A stretch of 63,904 nt of DNA, the filler included, from Octopus bimaculoides (lineage: Eukaryota), in assembly GCF_001194135.2 (NCBI RefSeq). It is 7 parts of 6 records of this genome, joined end to end, with 100 filler letters (N's around TTAATTAATTAA, not from the genome) between each part and the next. Parts side by side here need not be neighbours in the genome. Positions count along the whole stretch, not along the records: positions 6,848 to 36,561 come from NC_068981.1; 6 more parts are not named here. The stretch is one strand, 5' to 3'. The stretch's first letter is position 1, and each line of letters begins with the position of its first letter. Under the pieces are notes generated by a model. That model ran no database searches and was not told the origin of the DNA. It was given only the letters and a program-made list of their open reading frames with translations. This document shows positions 13,414-26,289 of the stretch, one piece after another. The translations under genes were made by a program, and so were the position numbers.

Positions 13414-13679
13414 NNNNNNNNNNNNNNNNNNNNNNNNNNNNNNNNNNNNNNNNNNNNNNNNNNNNNNNNNNNNNNNNNNNNNNNNNNNNNNNNNNNNNNN
13501 NNNNNNNNNNNNNNNNNNNNNNNNNNNNNNNNNNNNNNNNNNNNNNNNNNNNNNNNNNNNNNNNNNNNNNNNNNNNNNNNNNNNNNNNNNNNNNNTATAT
13601 ATATATGTACATATGTACATACATACATATCTGTATATATGTACATATATATATGTTTGTGTGCGCCCAATTATATATA

Positions 13680-13724
<45 letters not shown>

Positions 13725-15059
13725 GCGCATGTCTCATCACATTTAACGCATTCATGTTAACTCGAACATGGAAGAACATTTGCTGACAAAATACCCTCCT
13801 CAGGAATCTCTACTTAGAGATACTATCCGCTTATGTGTGACAACATGCGTCTTAAGATGCATGTCCTTCTGCATTGCTGCGAGTCCTCAGGCACAGATAC
13901 AGAATATTTCCTTGGTAGCCCTTTATGCAAATACAAAGAAATGTATATTTGCAGATGAGGTAAACGCTCGGTCAAGCTGGAGTACAGTTCCACTAGGTAG
14001 CATTGAATTAAATGTAAGCGTTCCTGTACATTCGGTTGTAGAATAACCTTTTACTATCTTGATGTGCATAACACGCTGTAAATTCAAAAGTGTACATCGA
14101 ATGTCAAAGTTATAAGCGAAATCACATATGAGCCTATGTGGTCAACCATTAAAATGTGTTCTTTTGGTGACGTCAGTCCATGAGTGAAACTTTTGTCAAT
14201 GAAAATTGTGTATGAGTAGTCATAAAATCAAGTTGAAACGCCACCCATCTCTATAATATGTAGAAATGAGCACACGAGTATTGTTTGACATCTTCCCAAT
14301 CTGTGCATAAATTATTAGTATTTAATGGCATTGATATTTTTCACTGCTCATATCCAATCCTTTCGTTTATCGTTTTGTGTTGTAAATTATTCATTATTTC
14401 CATTTTATATTCTTTCATATGTTGAAGATTCTCTGATAAGTGGTTAACTTGCAAACTTCATTACCTTATATCCAGTATTTGATCACTTGTCAAAAATATA
14501 ACTTCACACATCACAAATATCTGTGCAAACGATAAGCCATAACACAAAAATCATTTTCTATCTTAAAATGAAAGGGATAGTGATATTTTCTAACTCTATC
14601 AGCCAATACTAATGAATAATTCGACTGAAAGTCATTTCAAGGAAAGCATTTAAAATTTTTGATCAATGAATTACCTTTCTCTGAATAGTTATATCATGTA
14701 ATAAAAATAGGAAATATGTTTAACCACCTTCTGAAACATATAGATTGATAATTCATAAGTATCACTGAAACGAAAATCTAGGTTCCCACTAACAATGATA
14801 AGGCGTTGTACAAAATCTTACGTGTTATTGTAAATTTGACGATAATCCTGTCACTCACTCAAATATATGGACGTTGTTTGTATAAGAGAACAATCAAATT
14901 CATTGGCAAATAATCACTCATGAATAATCTAGACTTCCCTCTTATATATGCTATTCTCCGTCTTTATCTTTGTATAATCTTTGTCTCTCAAGCATACATG
15001 CATATATACTTACATGCATACATATATGCATACACGCACATATATATGTGTATGTATAA

Positions 15060-15435
15060 ATGTATATGCTTACCAGCCACATGGTTCTGGGTTCAGTCCC
15101 ACTGCGTGGCACCTTGGGCAAGTGTTTTCTACTATAGCCTCAGGCCGACCAAAGCCTTGTGAGTGGATTTGGTAGACGGAAACTGAAAGAAGTATGTCGT
15201 ATATATGTACATATATGTATGGGTGTGTGTATATGTTTGTGTGTCTGTGTTTGTCCCCCCAGCATCGTTTGACAACCGATGGTGGTGTGTTTACGTCCCC
15301 GTTACTTAGCGGTTCGGCAAAAGAGAGCGGTAGAATAAGTACTAGGCTTCCAAAGAATAAGTCCTGGGTTCGATTTGTTCGACTAAAGGTGGTGCTCCAG
15401 CATGGGCGCAGTCAGATGACTGAAACAAGTAAAAG
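15060..15435 (+). mobile_element. SINE family B, near full length
   Basis: tRNA-like head (ggttcagtccc), body ttgggcaagtg...gccgaccaaagcc, internal TA/TG repeat, tail ggtggtgctccagcatgg...atgactgaaacaagta. Confidence 0.9.
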
Positions 15436-18400
15436 NNNNNNNNNNNNNNNNNNNNNNNNNNNNNNNNNNNNNNNNNNNNNNNNNNNNNNNNNNNNNNNNN
15501 NNNNNNNNNNNNNNNNTATATATATATATATATATATATGAATAGAAATAAAAATATATAAAAAGAGTTTTGTATGATCGTGTATAGAGGAATATATTAT
15601 TTAAAAGAGTTCCAGCTCTGTTTTTATGTTTTATTTATATTCTTATAAAATTAATGTGGGATATAGTATATGGAATATATAATATTAATAGTAAAATGAA
15701 ATGAAATATTGAATATTAAATATAGAGTATTAAATATATAAGGACTAGTATACTTTCCTGTCTCGTGGCAGTCATCAAATACATCTGACAGATGTACTGA
15801 CAGTACCTTATTAACCTACTTACAGAAGATTTATAGAAAACGTATAATGATTTAAAGTATAATAAACTAAATATTATATATTTACTTATTTAGCTAGTAT
15901 CAAAAAAGACTGACACCTGCTATTAGCTAAAGAATATTGATGTTATAGGACATTCTAATTTTATTCTAATTTTTAAAACTAAGTTTTATATTATAGGTTT
16001 TAGAAGTTATTATTGTTATTGTTACTCCATACATGATATTTATAGTTTCTTAGGGGTACTTAATTAGAAGGGCTGCTTCTATAAAGACCCTTATAAACAC
16101 TAAGATCAAGAGGGTAGACAACTTTAAGAAAGGGATAAATCAAGTAATTTTTAAAGATCATTTCAAACACTATTGCCATATTGTATAAAGTTAAAATTTA
16201 AAACAGTCAAGATTATTACAAATGATATAACAAAAGGATAAAGCTCCTTTGAATACTTTTGAGTAAATACCAAATTTTACTACAATAGAGGGAGGAAAAG
16301 AAAATTACATAGAAATAGTTTAATATTTATACTTATTATTTATCTAAATATCAACTTATTAGATGGTATCTATGGAGAATAATCAATTGGATTATACTAG
16401 TATTTAATAAGGGAGTACTGAGGCTAAAGAACATGTTAACTATATGCTAATTTAATTAAATTCAATTATTGTAAGTTGTGGAGATACCGGTATTGTGTTA
16501 TATAAGCTAAGTATCAATTAATAGGGGTACAAAAACAAGATTTATTAAAGGCTATTATAAAATAATAAAATGATCAGGAAGGGTAGAGCACTATAGAAAA
16601 GGAATAAAGTCTAATCAGTAAAACCATATTAAAGTATATATAGCTTATTAGCTTCAATAGAGTCGATTTATAGAAAATGTATAATTGAACAGTGAGATAT
16701 CAGTTTACTTTAACAAAATAATAGTTGCTAGTAATACGAATTGTTGAAATTAAAGCATGCAAGATTTTACAGCTCTAGCATCATTCCTTCATAGTCAGCA
16801 TGCGAACTTTTCAGCCCACTCTGCTATGCGGTATTTTGACTGGGGTAATGTGAAGCAATATCTATGTGCTTGACTTCTTGAACGTTTTGCATATGCTTGC
16901 TCTTCTTATGATGGGTTTTAGCTATTGTATTCTGAACAAGAATGTTCTTTGTGATATTATGAAGTCAAGTTTTGCAAGAGTACTACTGAGGCTTTTAATC
17001 TCGTATCAAATTTCTTTCATAATTAGAGCTGGGGAATGTAAAGCAGATACAGAATGCTAATTGCAAAATATTTTCTATTTTCATTAATCGTTAAAATTAT
17101 ATTTACACCTGCTTGAGAATTGGCTTCAGCTTTTGTGCCTAATATCTTCTCTTAGCCCAAAGCCATTATCCTGGAATGCTGTCAGAAACATCCTATCAGT
17201 TACTTTTATCTGTTATCATACTTTCCATCAGTATAGCGTTTTCTATTTTTATATTCACAATTATTTTTTCTAAGATATTTAATATAGAAGTTTCTAGTCT
17301 CGACATTTTCATTCGGGAAATACCTTTTCAAAACCTCTTCTAAAGTTCATGCACCTCTCAGCCTTATCTATGCAGATTTAACCCACTCATGAACTTCGAC
17401 ATCTGACTTGTGTGATGCGTGTCTTTAAATGGATATGATCAAACATCCAAAGATTGTATTGATTGTTGTTAAGGATTCATTCTACATCTTTGCTATTGTG
17501 GAAATATTCTGTTCTTGTTGACAATTTTCGAGGTTCAACATCAAGTGCTCAGATTTCATCTCACTTCCGACTGAGTTGCCTAAATATAGGTATAAAAGTT
17601 GATAGAGAATGCTCATTCTGGATTATTCGATTAACGTATGCAGAAATTTCTGACTCTTATATTTCCATTATTCTGGTCATATATTCACTTGCTACTTACA
17701 AAACCCATTAATGAAAATAGTTTCACACATTCCTAATCATATGTAACTTTTGTAATCCTAAATCCAAGAAATAGTTACGTCATTGCCAGAAATGTTGCAG
17801 GCTCCTTTGATTTACAGCCGTATTCGAACATCTAAGTCGGCCAATTTGCGTCATCATATCCTTTGAAAATGTCGTACTTCTGTCAAATTATTCATAAATA
17901 CCATTCATATACTTGACATATAATTTCATCCTCCAGAAAGAGGTGATATGTTAGTTTGTATATGATGTCTTCTGATAAACAATCTTTTATCCTTTAGGTT
18001 TCTATCATGAACCACTGAGATATTTGTAGAATATACGTTTTCATTTGGGATTGGGTATGTTTTTTTTTTTAATTTGCAGTATTCAAAGAGGTCAATAAGA
18101 AAGTAATTGGTCTTTTATGTGTGCATTTCGGGCTACTTTAAGTCTGCAATTAACTGTGACCATAAATGTGTGTGCTTAATTGTGTGTGTGTGCGCGTTTG
18201 TGTGTGGATTGAAATCCAATCAGTTAGTTGGTGTGCATATCAATCACATATGTGCTATTGGTGCCTGGGTGGGTATATATTTCATATGTCCATTTGAGTG
18301 TGTTTGCGTGGTCAACCAATATCTCTGAAACGCCTGAATTAATTTCAAAATACTCATTTTACCACTAATTATAAATGCAAACCAATGTCTAGATATTTTC

Positions 18401-18555
18401 GTATGGTAAGCTGACTGAAATAGGGTAGAGAGATGTGCGTAATGATTATTTTCTGATTAGTTTCTGAGTATTTTGTAATAACAATCTCCGTATTCCTGGA
18501 AAGTACAATAGATAACTTCAATTCAGAAAGTATTGGAATCTCTGTACATAGAATA

Positions 18556-18765
18556 GCGGTGAGCTAGCATAATCGTTAGCCCTCAGGGCGAAATACTTAG
18601 CAGCATTTCGTCAATCTTTAGGTCCTGAGTTCAAATGCTGCCGAGATCCACTTGGGTTTTCATCCTTTCGGGATCGATAAAATAAGGGTCAATTGAGGAC
18701 TGGGTTTACCTAATCGACATACCTCTTCCTTCGAAACTGCTGGCCTTATGCCACAATTTGAAAAC
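18556..18765 (+). mobile_element. SINE family A copy
   Basis: gcggtgagctagcataatcgttagc...gagttcaaatgctgccgag...catcctttcgggatcgataaaataag. Confidence 0.85.
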
Positions 18766-21531
18766 AATATGATGTCCATTTGCTCATAATAATGAGCAAG
18801 TGGACATCATTTTCTGCCATGCATTTGTTTCTATATTTATATTTACCCATATATAACAACTTCCTGCAAAATGATCTCAACGATTTGAGTGAATATATGT
18901 CAATTCGTATAATAAGTGGTACAAAGTTTACAAAGTTGTGGTATATTAACGTTTAAATAAATGGATTTCCTTATCTTTGTCGGATATATTATATATAATA
19001 TTTACGTCGAATTTTTCAAAAATAGTTATAATATGATTGGTGCTTCAAGTAGTAAAATGCCACAAAAATATTGTTTTATAAAAATAAATAGGATTTAAAT
19101 TATAAAGCGCAGTTTATTATCAGCGTGAATTTTGATTGTTAATCCATTCATTCACGCCTAGTCTCACTATGGACATCATCAGAATATAATTAGATGTCCA
19201 TCTCCTTTATCGACAGCCTATTGCTCGTATATGTTCCGTTGTTCCATTACTATTTGTCACTAACGAGATTGAATTGCATTAACGTTGCAAATATTACGTT
19301 AGATTATGACCATCTGTAACTGAATATTTCATATTATTCGCTTTATGCATAGTCAGTAATGATTAGATAAGACATGCATTTATATATTCAGATGTGTATT
19401 AACCTACTATATTGCAAATTCGAAGAATCATGTGCTCTGTTGAATTATATATCATAACATTGAAGAATAATATTTCTTTAAAAGTTTTGAAATAAAATGC
19501 CACTCTCTTATTAAACTAAAGCTCAATCATGAAGAATTCCTACGTGTTAAATATATTGACAACAGTTTCACACTAACGTTATCACGAACACTAAAATTCA
19601 ACGATATAATTTAGAATTGTTTTAAAAGTAGTGATTATAATTTGGCAGTTTGCAGTTTTAGAGAAGACGTAACATTTCCTGATAATGATTTTGTTTTCTA
19701 GTGAGATGCTGTATTCCACTGAAAAGACCAAGGTATTTGGAGTAGGTACTTTATCTACATAAGAGATTTATATAAAGGTACGTCGGAATTATTATTGCAA
19801 CTACTCGGTAACGATAATTACAGCAATATTTTTGCCGAACTTTGATAATTCTAGTCTCCACAGCCGATTCCCAGGTTTTCTTTTTCCCAGTCTTGTAAAC
19901 AGACTGTTGCTGATTAAATGGAAATTGTCGTATTGCTGAAATTATTTTATTTCCTCTTATTTCCGTGGTAAATTGCCGCCAGCAGTAAAGAAACAGAGCT
20001 GTATACAGCTGGTATTATCCGCACTAATTACAGCTGTATTTCTTACAATGTACTGTGAAGTTTCAACAAATTCATTCACATTATTAGAGTAGATATTTAT
20101 ATTTTTAATTAGTATTTTGAAACAAGAAAATAACTTAACAAATCATAATAGAAATATTAAGCCCTTACCATGCACTTAATAGTAATTATCCTTTATGCGT
20201 ATTGATCATTATATAAAATCAGGGATTGTTGCATTTAAGAGTTAAACCTAAACAGGTATGACAAGCCTACAATGGATGTCTACAGTTTAGTACCATCTAC
20301 TATTGATTGTAGCCAAAGTGCATGCAAATGTTAACCTGCATTCCCACAGAAAAGATATAAATGCATGCTTTCCATTATAGACTATTTGATAAGGATTGGT
20401 TTTGCGCTACACAAGAAATATAACGTCATGTAAGTAGGAATTACTTTCGAGTGATGTAATTATGAAAATATGACATATTATTTTCATATATATTACCCAC
20501 TTGAAATATATCATATATTCTTTGAGTGTAATGCAGATTAATTCAAAAATGTGATTGGACAGCTTAAGGAGTAGCTGGCAATGTGTAATTATGTTTATGT
20601 TTAGATAAATAGGGCATCCATTAGCATTGTAAATGCCTTCATTTACGTGATTCTGTATTGTGAGGCTGAATCATGTATATTACTACCATTAATCTATGTA
20701 GGACATGTATGTTTCTTTCCTTTGTTTATATAATTCTGAAGTAGATTCTCAATGAAGAAATAAACTAACGTTCTATTTTATATAATCATAACCCTTTTCT
20801 GTTTTATAGTAATGAATTAATTATATTAAAGTGTTCAACCAGCCCATTTCACAATATATTTGAAAGCTGATGTACATGTAGTTAGATGTGATAGAAGTTA
20901 CAATTCTCAGTAGCAGCTGATGTATGAATCAATTCTAAAATCGGGTAATGCAATACTTTAAAGACATTACATAAACAATTCAATGTTGTTATATAGAATT
21001 TTAAATAAATAGTATTTAGTTAGTACTCACATTTTTTTCGAAAATAGATTTCAAAAATATATTCAGTATACACATCAATTTTGATAGGGTACTCCACAAA
21101 ACTAACTAATAATATTGCTTATGAAATATTTAAGGAATAGATTTTAAGTGAATGAATGGAAAATACTCCAAACTAAATTATTTAAGAGTAATCCTTATAT
21201 TAATTTACCTCTTTAGGATCATAGACAATTCTATCAACTATCAAAAAGGAGCCATTAGGTATCAATAGAAATCATTAATAATGAAAGTTCTAAAAATCTT
21301 CTGCAACAATTCACCACGCACTCTCTCTAAGTATATGTGTTTGTGTATTTGTGTGTGTGTGGTGTGTGTGTGTATGTGTGTGTGTGCGTGTGTGTGCGTG
21401 TGTGTGCATGCGTGTGTACTTGTGTGTGTGTGTCTGTATGTCTGGATGTATGTGAATGTATGTGCATAGGTATGCATACAAAGAAATAGAGAAACAGAGG
21501 AGAAAAGAAAGACACACACACACACACACAT

Positions 21532-21607
<76 letters not shown>

Positions 21608-23269
21608 GAAAGCATTCTTACACTATATGAAAGCATTAGATTGTTCTAATGCACGTTGGAAATCGTACATAAATAATCAGATTACAGAGATGTGTTCCAA
21701 TAAGGCTTTCGCAACATTTGATAATAGTACTAATATATCCATGAAACGTATCAGTCTTGATCCATACAAATTAACACTTGACCTTGAAACTGAGCGATTG
21801 ATTATAATTTCACTTCAAGCAGTTACAATTCCACGGTTGGCACATATATAATTAAGTATACGTTTAATTCTATACATAAGCCAATGAAATTTCCGAGCTT
21901 TAGTTGTAGCAACGGCATATAAACACGTTTTCGTATTATCATATTAATTACCGAAAGGATATCGTTCAATTTCTTATTGTGCTAAACTGATATAGACTGT
22001 CGTGTAGCTAGTTTGCGTGGTCGCAGTCGTTAAATAGCAATCCTCCATAAATATAGAGAGGAATTTAGAACAAGTAATTATTTGATGATCGACTCGGATA
22101 TGGTCAAATCAACGTTTTCATTATTGGCTTCGCTTGGATGATATAGGATGAGATTTTAACTCGAATTCTCACTGGAGCGTATCAGAAAACGCGAATCAGA
22201 GGCGCAAAGAAAACATCTGCTAATCAAATATCCTGGATTGCTACGTTCGTTTATCAAGCCAAGAACGATGAAATGCTTTCCACTCCTCGATAACATATAA
22301 AATCAAATAGATTCTTGAGAGATCGCATATCATTCTGCCTATTTCCCTAAACCTCACTGCAATTTGCCGGTTAAACTCTATGTGGGCGCATCGTGGATAT
22401 CTTATTGTGTGTGGGGTGCGTGTTACTATGTGTGAATGTGAGTTGTGTGTGCTTGTGTTTGTGTGTTTTTGTGTTTGTATGGGGTATGTGCGAGTCAGTG
22501 TGTGTACGTGTGTGTGTGTCTTAAGGTTTGCGTCAACGCTTGCATTTATAGCACGCAATATCCAGCGATATGAGGTAATATTCCGTAACTTAGTGATAAA
22601 GTATAACGATAATGATTAGGAACGTAACAACCATGGAAATAAATATTAGACCAATGTGGACGGTGAAACCCGTGAAGGCTTTGGCCCTCCATAACATAGG
22701 TTCAATGCCAGCAGAGATTAAATAGTACATTATAAATAAAGCGATATTGTTCAGTTCACAGTAGATATAATTAGGGTTCAAGTCAAAATGGTGCCAAGTT
22801 TTGCTTACCATAATGGAAATGAAACATGGTTTTGAGAAGTTTGACAATAAATTACAAAATCAATGTTTTACATAGTTTTTCTTTCTTTGTGCCCAATAAA
22901 ATAGGAGTTCCACAAAATATTAACGATATATTCTTTCAGATTGATATTTTCTTCGAATTTAAAATTCAGTGAACATATTCCGAACTCGTCACCAATGATT
23001 AAACATGCACCCGAGACATGTTTCCGCACTAAAACGGTTGAAGCGATAATATCCGTTTTTGGGGGGTTTTTTTCAAGTGCCTCTTTAGCGAATCAGTTCT
23101 TATTTTGGTTAACCCATGCCACAACACATTTCCTATACTCACAATTGATACTGTATGATAGTCCTTACATATAACACGAAAAAGTATTACATATTTTTCC
23201 TTTTTTTATTTCCTACATACCAATTATAGACGTCATCTGATCAGTCATTTTAGAATTTGGCTTCAGTTT

Positions 23270-23539
23270 ATGATATCACTAAAAAAAATTTACCTCCTAC
23301 TAATTTCTGTTTTACTAATATGCTATTTGTCAAATACAATATGGGGCAAAATTATAAATTCAAATGTTTCTAGAATGTCGCTACCTATATTGATAAAGAA
23401 ATTATGTCAGTCTTGTTTTCAAATGCAGGAAAATATATGTTGTATTGGTAAAGTATTGGATAAAGACACGCTTTGCTTTACGCTACGATGTCAAATAGCT
23501 TCTCTTAGGCACGAAATATTCCGAGAACATGTTGAATAA
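23270..23539 (+). CDS. Hypothetical 89-aa secreted cysteine-rich peptide precursor
   Basis: ATG 4 nt after a ttcag acceptor-like site; basic plus hydrophobic N-terminus, KK site, six Cys in C-C-CC-C-C order. Could be chance in AT-rich DNA. Confidence 0.2.
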   Translation: MISLKKIYLLLISVLLICYLSNTIWGKIINSNVSRMSLPILIKKLCQSCFQMQENICCIGKVLDKDTLCFTLRCQIASLRHEIFREHVE

Positions 23540-24590
23540 CAGTTCACTAATTCTTGTTTATGTATGGGTATGTGTCTAAATAGACATATATATGAAAATA
23601 TATATGTACACTTGGAAGGTTGTTAGTAAACTCCAGATCTCCCGACTTTTAAATAGGCTTCCTTTTTTGCTGTGTGAACGCACTGCATCCATGGTAATGG
23701 TGATCTTACTCGATAATGTTTCGACAAACTCCATGTACAGATAGGTGCTTGTGTGGGTAAATCTTAAAACTCGCTAACAGTTATGACATTTTTTTTACCA
23801 CGCTTTCTCAGTTGAACTTGGTGGCTAGGTTTCATTAATAGCTATATGTATTCAAGGGGAGACATAGACAAACATCAGAAGAAGTCGATTACTAGGTAAA
23901 TTAGTAAATGTATTATCGCACATAATGAATAGTTATAGCCACTCAAGTTAATACGTGAAATGCAAACGAAGCAATGATAAGTCATCATATTACATGTGTG
24001 TGTCATTTATTTTGCGATGCCAGATGTTGAAATGTATGTCTCACGTTATACATTTCAACATAATCATTACATAGTTTAAAATCCGAAAGAATTTTGCATC
24101 GCATCAATAATACTTTAAGATCTTAATACAGTCTTATATGACAAAAATGGGAATCTTGAAACCTGGTGTTTTCCACATGCTATAATGTAACTCAATTATT
24201 TGTTATGCGCATTTCATATAATTTATTTTGCCCATCGATATTTTCAATATCAGTATCCTTGATTCAGTACATTTTTTTTCTTTTGCCCATCTTATTATAG
24301 GAAAACAGTATTTGATTACCCGCTCATATGTAGAGGTTTCGAATGAAATGCAAGCATTGCTAACACAAGCTGTTAAAGTCCAATATAGGAAAAGGAAGAC
24401 GAATATCTTTCGGGTGGCTTGCAAATGTTTTACCATTAGACAGACAATGGTGTTCTGGAAAATTTTTCATTGGCATTATTTGCCAATATATTGCTTTTTT
24501 TTTTAGAATAAAATGATTTGAATGCTACAACAATGCACTATAATAAAATAATGGGCCATATATCTGATGTAATTTAGTCATCCATAGTCT

Positions 24591-24629
24591 GATATGACAT
24601 TTAGGAATAAAATTCCTTCTTCAGATATC
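24591..24629 (-). ncRNA. Minimal type-I hammerhead ribozyme motif, G12 mutated
   Basis: Minus strand reads GATAT CTGAAGA A GGAAT TTT ATTCC TAAA TGTC ATATC: 5-bp stem I, 5-bp stem II, GUC cleavage triplet, but GAAA is TAAA. Confidence 0.7.
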
Positions 24630-24632
24630 TGA

Positions 24633-25060
24633 TTATACCAAACTCACACCATCAGCTTCTTTTGATGAATTTTGCATCTTTGGACTATGTTTTGGTGGCG
24701 CGTCTTTGTCCAACCTCTGTGCTGAACGGTTACGGTTATTGTATAGGATCCATTTCTCATCACATGTTATAATTCGATTCAAAAAATGATTCATCTTTGT
24801 GACGAGAAAGTAGCATAATGCAGACTTCCAACGTTGCTGTTTCTGATTTTCCTTGAGTTCATTTGGGACCCACTTATCCAACTCTTTTCACTTTACCGAT
24901 TTCAACTAGGGGCGTCGATATTATTTGCTTGCTAACAGCAAACAACAATGGTAATTCATGTGCACTTTGAGATGCATCTGACTCGACGGTGGCTTTCAGT
25001 TCGTCATCATCCACCTTTGCTTCTGGTCAACAGCGTTGCTCATTTGTCAACAGCGTTGCT
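24633..25060 (-). mobile_element. mariner transposase middle fragment
   Basis: KVDDDELKATVESD...EIGKVK/LDKWVPNEL...LNRIITCDEKWILYNN: WVPHEL-like motif and first catalytic D (DEKW). Confidence 0.9.
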
Positions 25061-25161
25061 CAGTTTTCGGATGGCTCTTTTTCTTTCTTTACTTATTTAT
25101 TTTTAAATAACAAAAAAAAAAGCCGTTGCAAAACCGATAATAGCAGCGACACCATCTACGA

Positions 25162-25199
25162 ATATCTGAAGAAGGAATTTTATTCCGAAATATCATATC
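25162..25199 (+). ncRNA. Minimal type-I hammerhead ribozyme motif, intact core (Penelope-type)
   Basis: ATAT CTGAAGA A GGAAT TTT ATTCC GAAA TATC ATAT: CUGANGA and GAAA cores, 5-bp stem II, 4-bp stem I, loopless palindromic stem III (AUAU), AUC cleavage triplet. Confidence 0.75.
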
Positions 25200-26289
25200 A
25201 GACTGTGGATGAAAGAATTAGACCAGGTATATAGCCCATTGTTTGTAGCATAGTTCGTTGTTGTACCATTCAATTTTTTTTTAATCTTTGCAAACAATAC
25301 GCAGTACTTCAAGTGAAATACAATACTCTCCTATTGTTTTTCTTTTTATTTGTGAATACTCTCATTTCCTATACTTTAAATTTAGTTTCCTTTCTCGATT
25401 TCGAAGTTAAGGTGTAGGAAGCATTCATATTCAATATGCCATTCACGTGGAAATATAAATTTCATAAGTGTGTAAGCGTGCACGCACACATACAAGCACA
25501 TACACACACACATATGTACATACATATACATGCATACATGCACACACACGCATATATATATATATATATATATATANNNNNNNNNNNNNNNNNNNNNNNN
25601 NNNNNNNNNNNNNNNNNNNNNNNNNNNNNNNNNNNNNNNNNNNNNNNNNNNNNNNNNNNNNNNNNNNNNNNNNNNNNNNNNNNNNNNNNNNNNNNNNNNN
25701 NNNNNNNNNNNNNNNNNNNNNNNNNNNNNNNNNNNNNNNNNNNNNNNNNNNNNNNNNNNNNNNNNNNNNNNNNNNNNNNNNNNNNNNNNNNNNNNNNNNN
25801 NNNNNNNNNNNNNNNNNNNNNNNNNNNNNNNNNNNNNNNNNNNNNNNNNNNNNNNNNNNNNNNNNNNNNNNNNNNNNNNNNNNNNNNNNNNNNNNNNNNN
25901 NNNNNNNNNNNNNNNNNNNNNNNNNNNNNNNNNNNNNNNNNNNNNNNNNNNNNNNNNNNNNNNNNNNNNNNNNNNNNNNNNNNNNNNNNNNNNNNNNNNN
26001 NNNNNNNNNNNNNNNNNNNNNNNNNNNNNNNNNNNNNNNNNNNNNNNNNNNNNNNNNNNNNNNNNNNNNNNNNNNNNNNNNNNNNNNNNNNNNNNNNNNN
26101 NNNNNNNNNNNNNNNNNNNNNNNNNNNNNNNNNNNNNNNNNNNNNNNNNNNNNNNTATATACATATATATATATATATATGCGTATGTATGTATGTCTGT
26201 AAATATTAGGTCTTCAAGTATGAAATTTGTAGAAAGGACAAAAATGTTTGCTGATGTTTTATAAATACAAGGAATGGCTTTATTAAAAA

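Noticed and set aside
14168-14175. Perfect CRE palindrome TGACGTCA
   Set aside because: A single 8-mer is expected by chance at this scale; no supporting promoter context.
15560-16730. AT-rich, C-poor block resembling a NUMT or heavily deaminated coding relic
   Set aside because: No open frame under the standard or invertebrate mitochondrial code in the parts I translated, and no recognisable motif; similar composition flanks the Penelope element.
22241-22558. BH3-like segment RQIAVRFREIGRMI in a minus-strand ORF
   Set aside because: Lacks the invariant Asp of the GD motif; the ORF start is microsatellite-derived.
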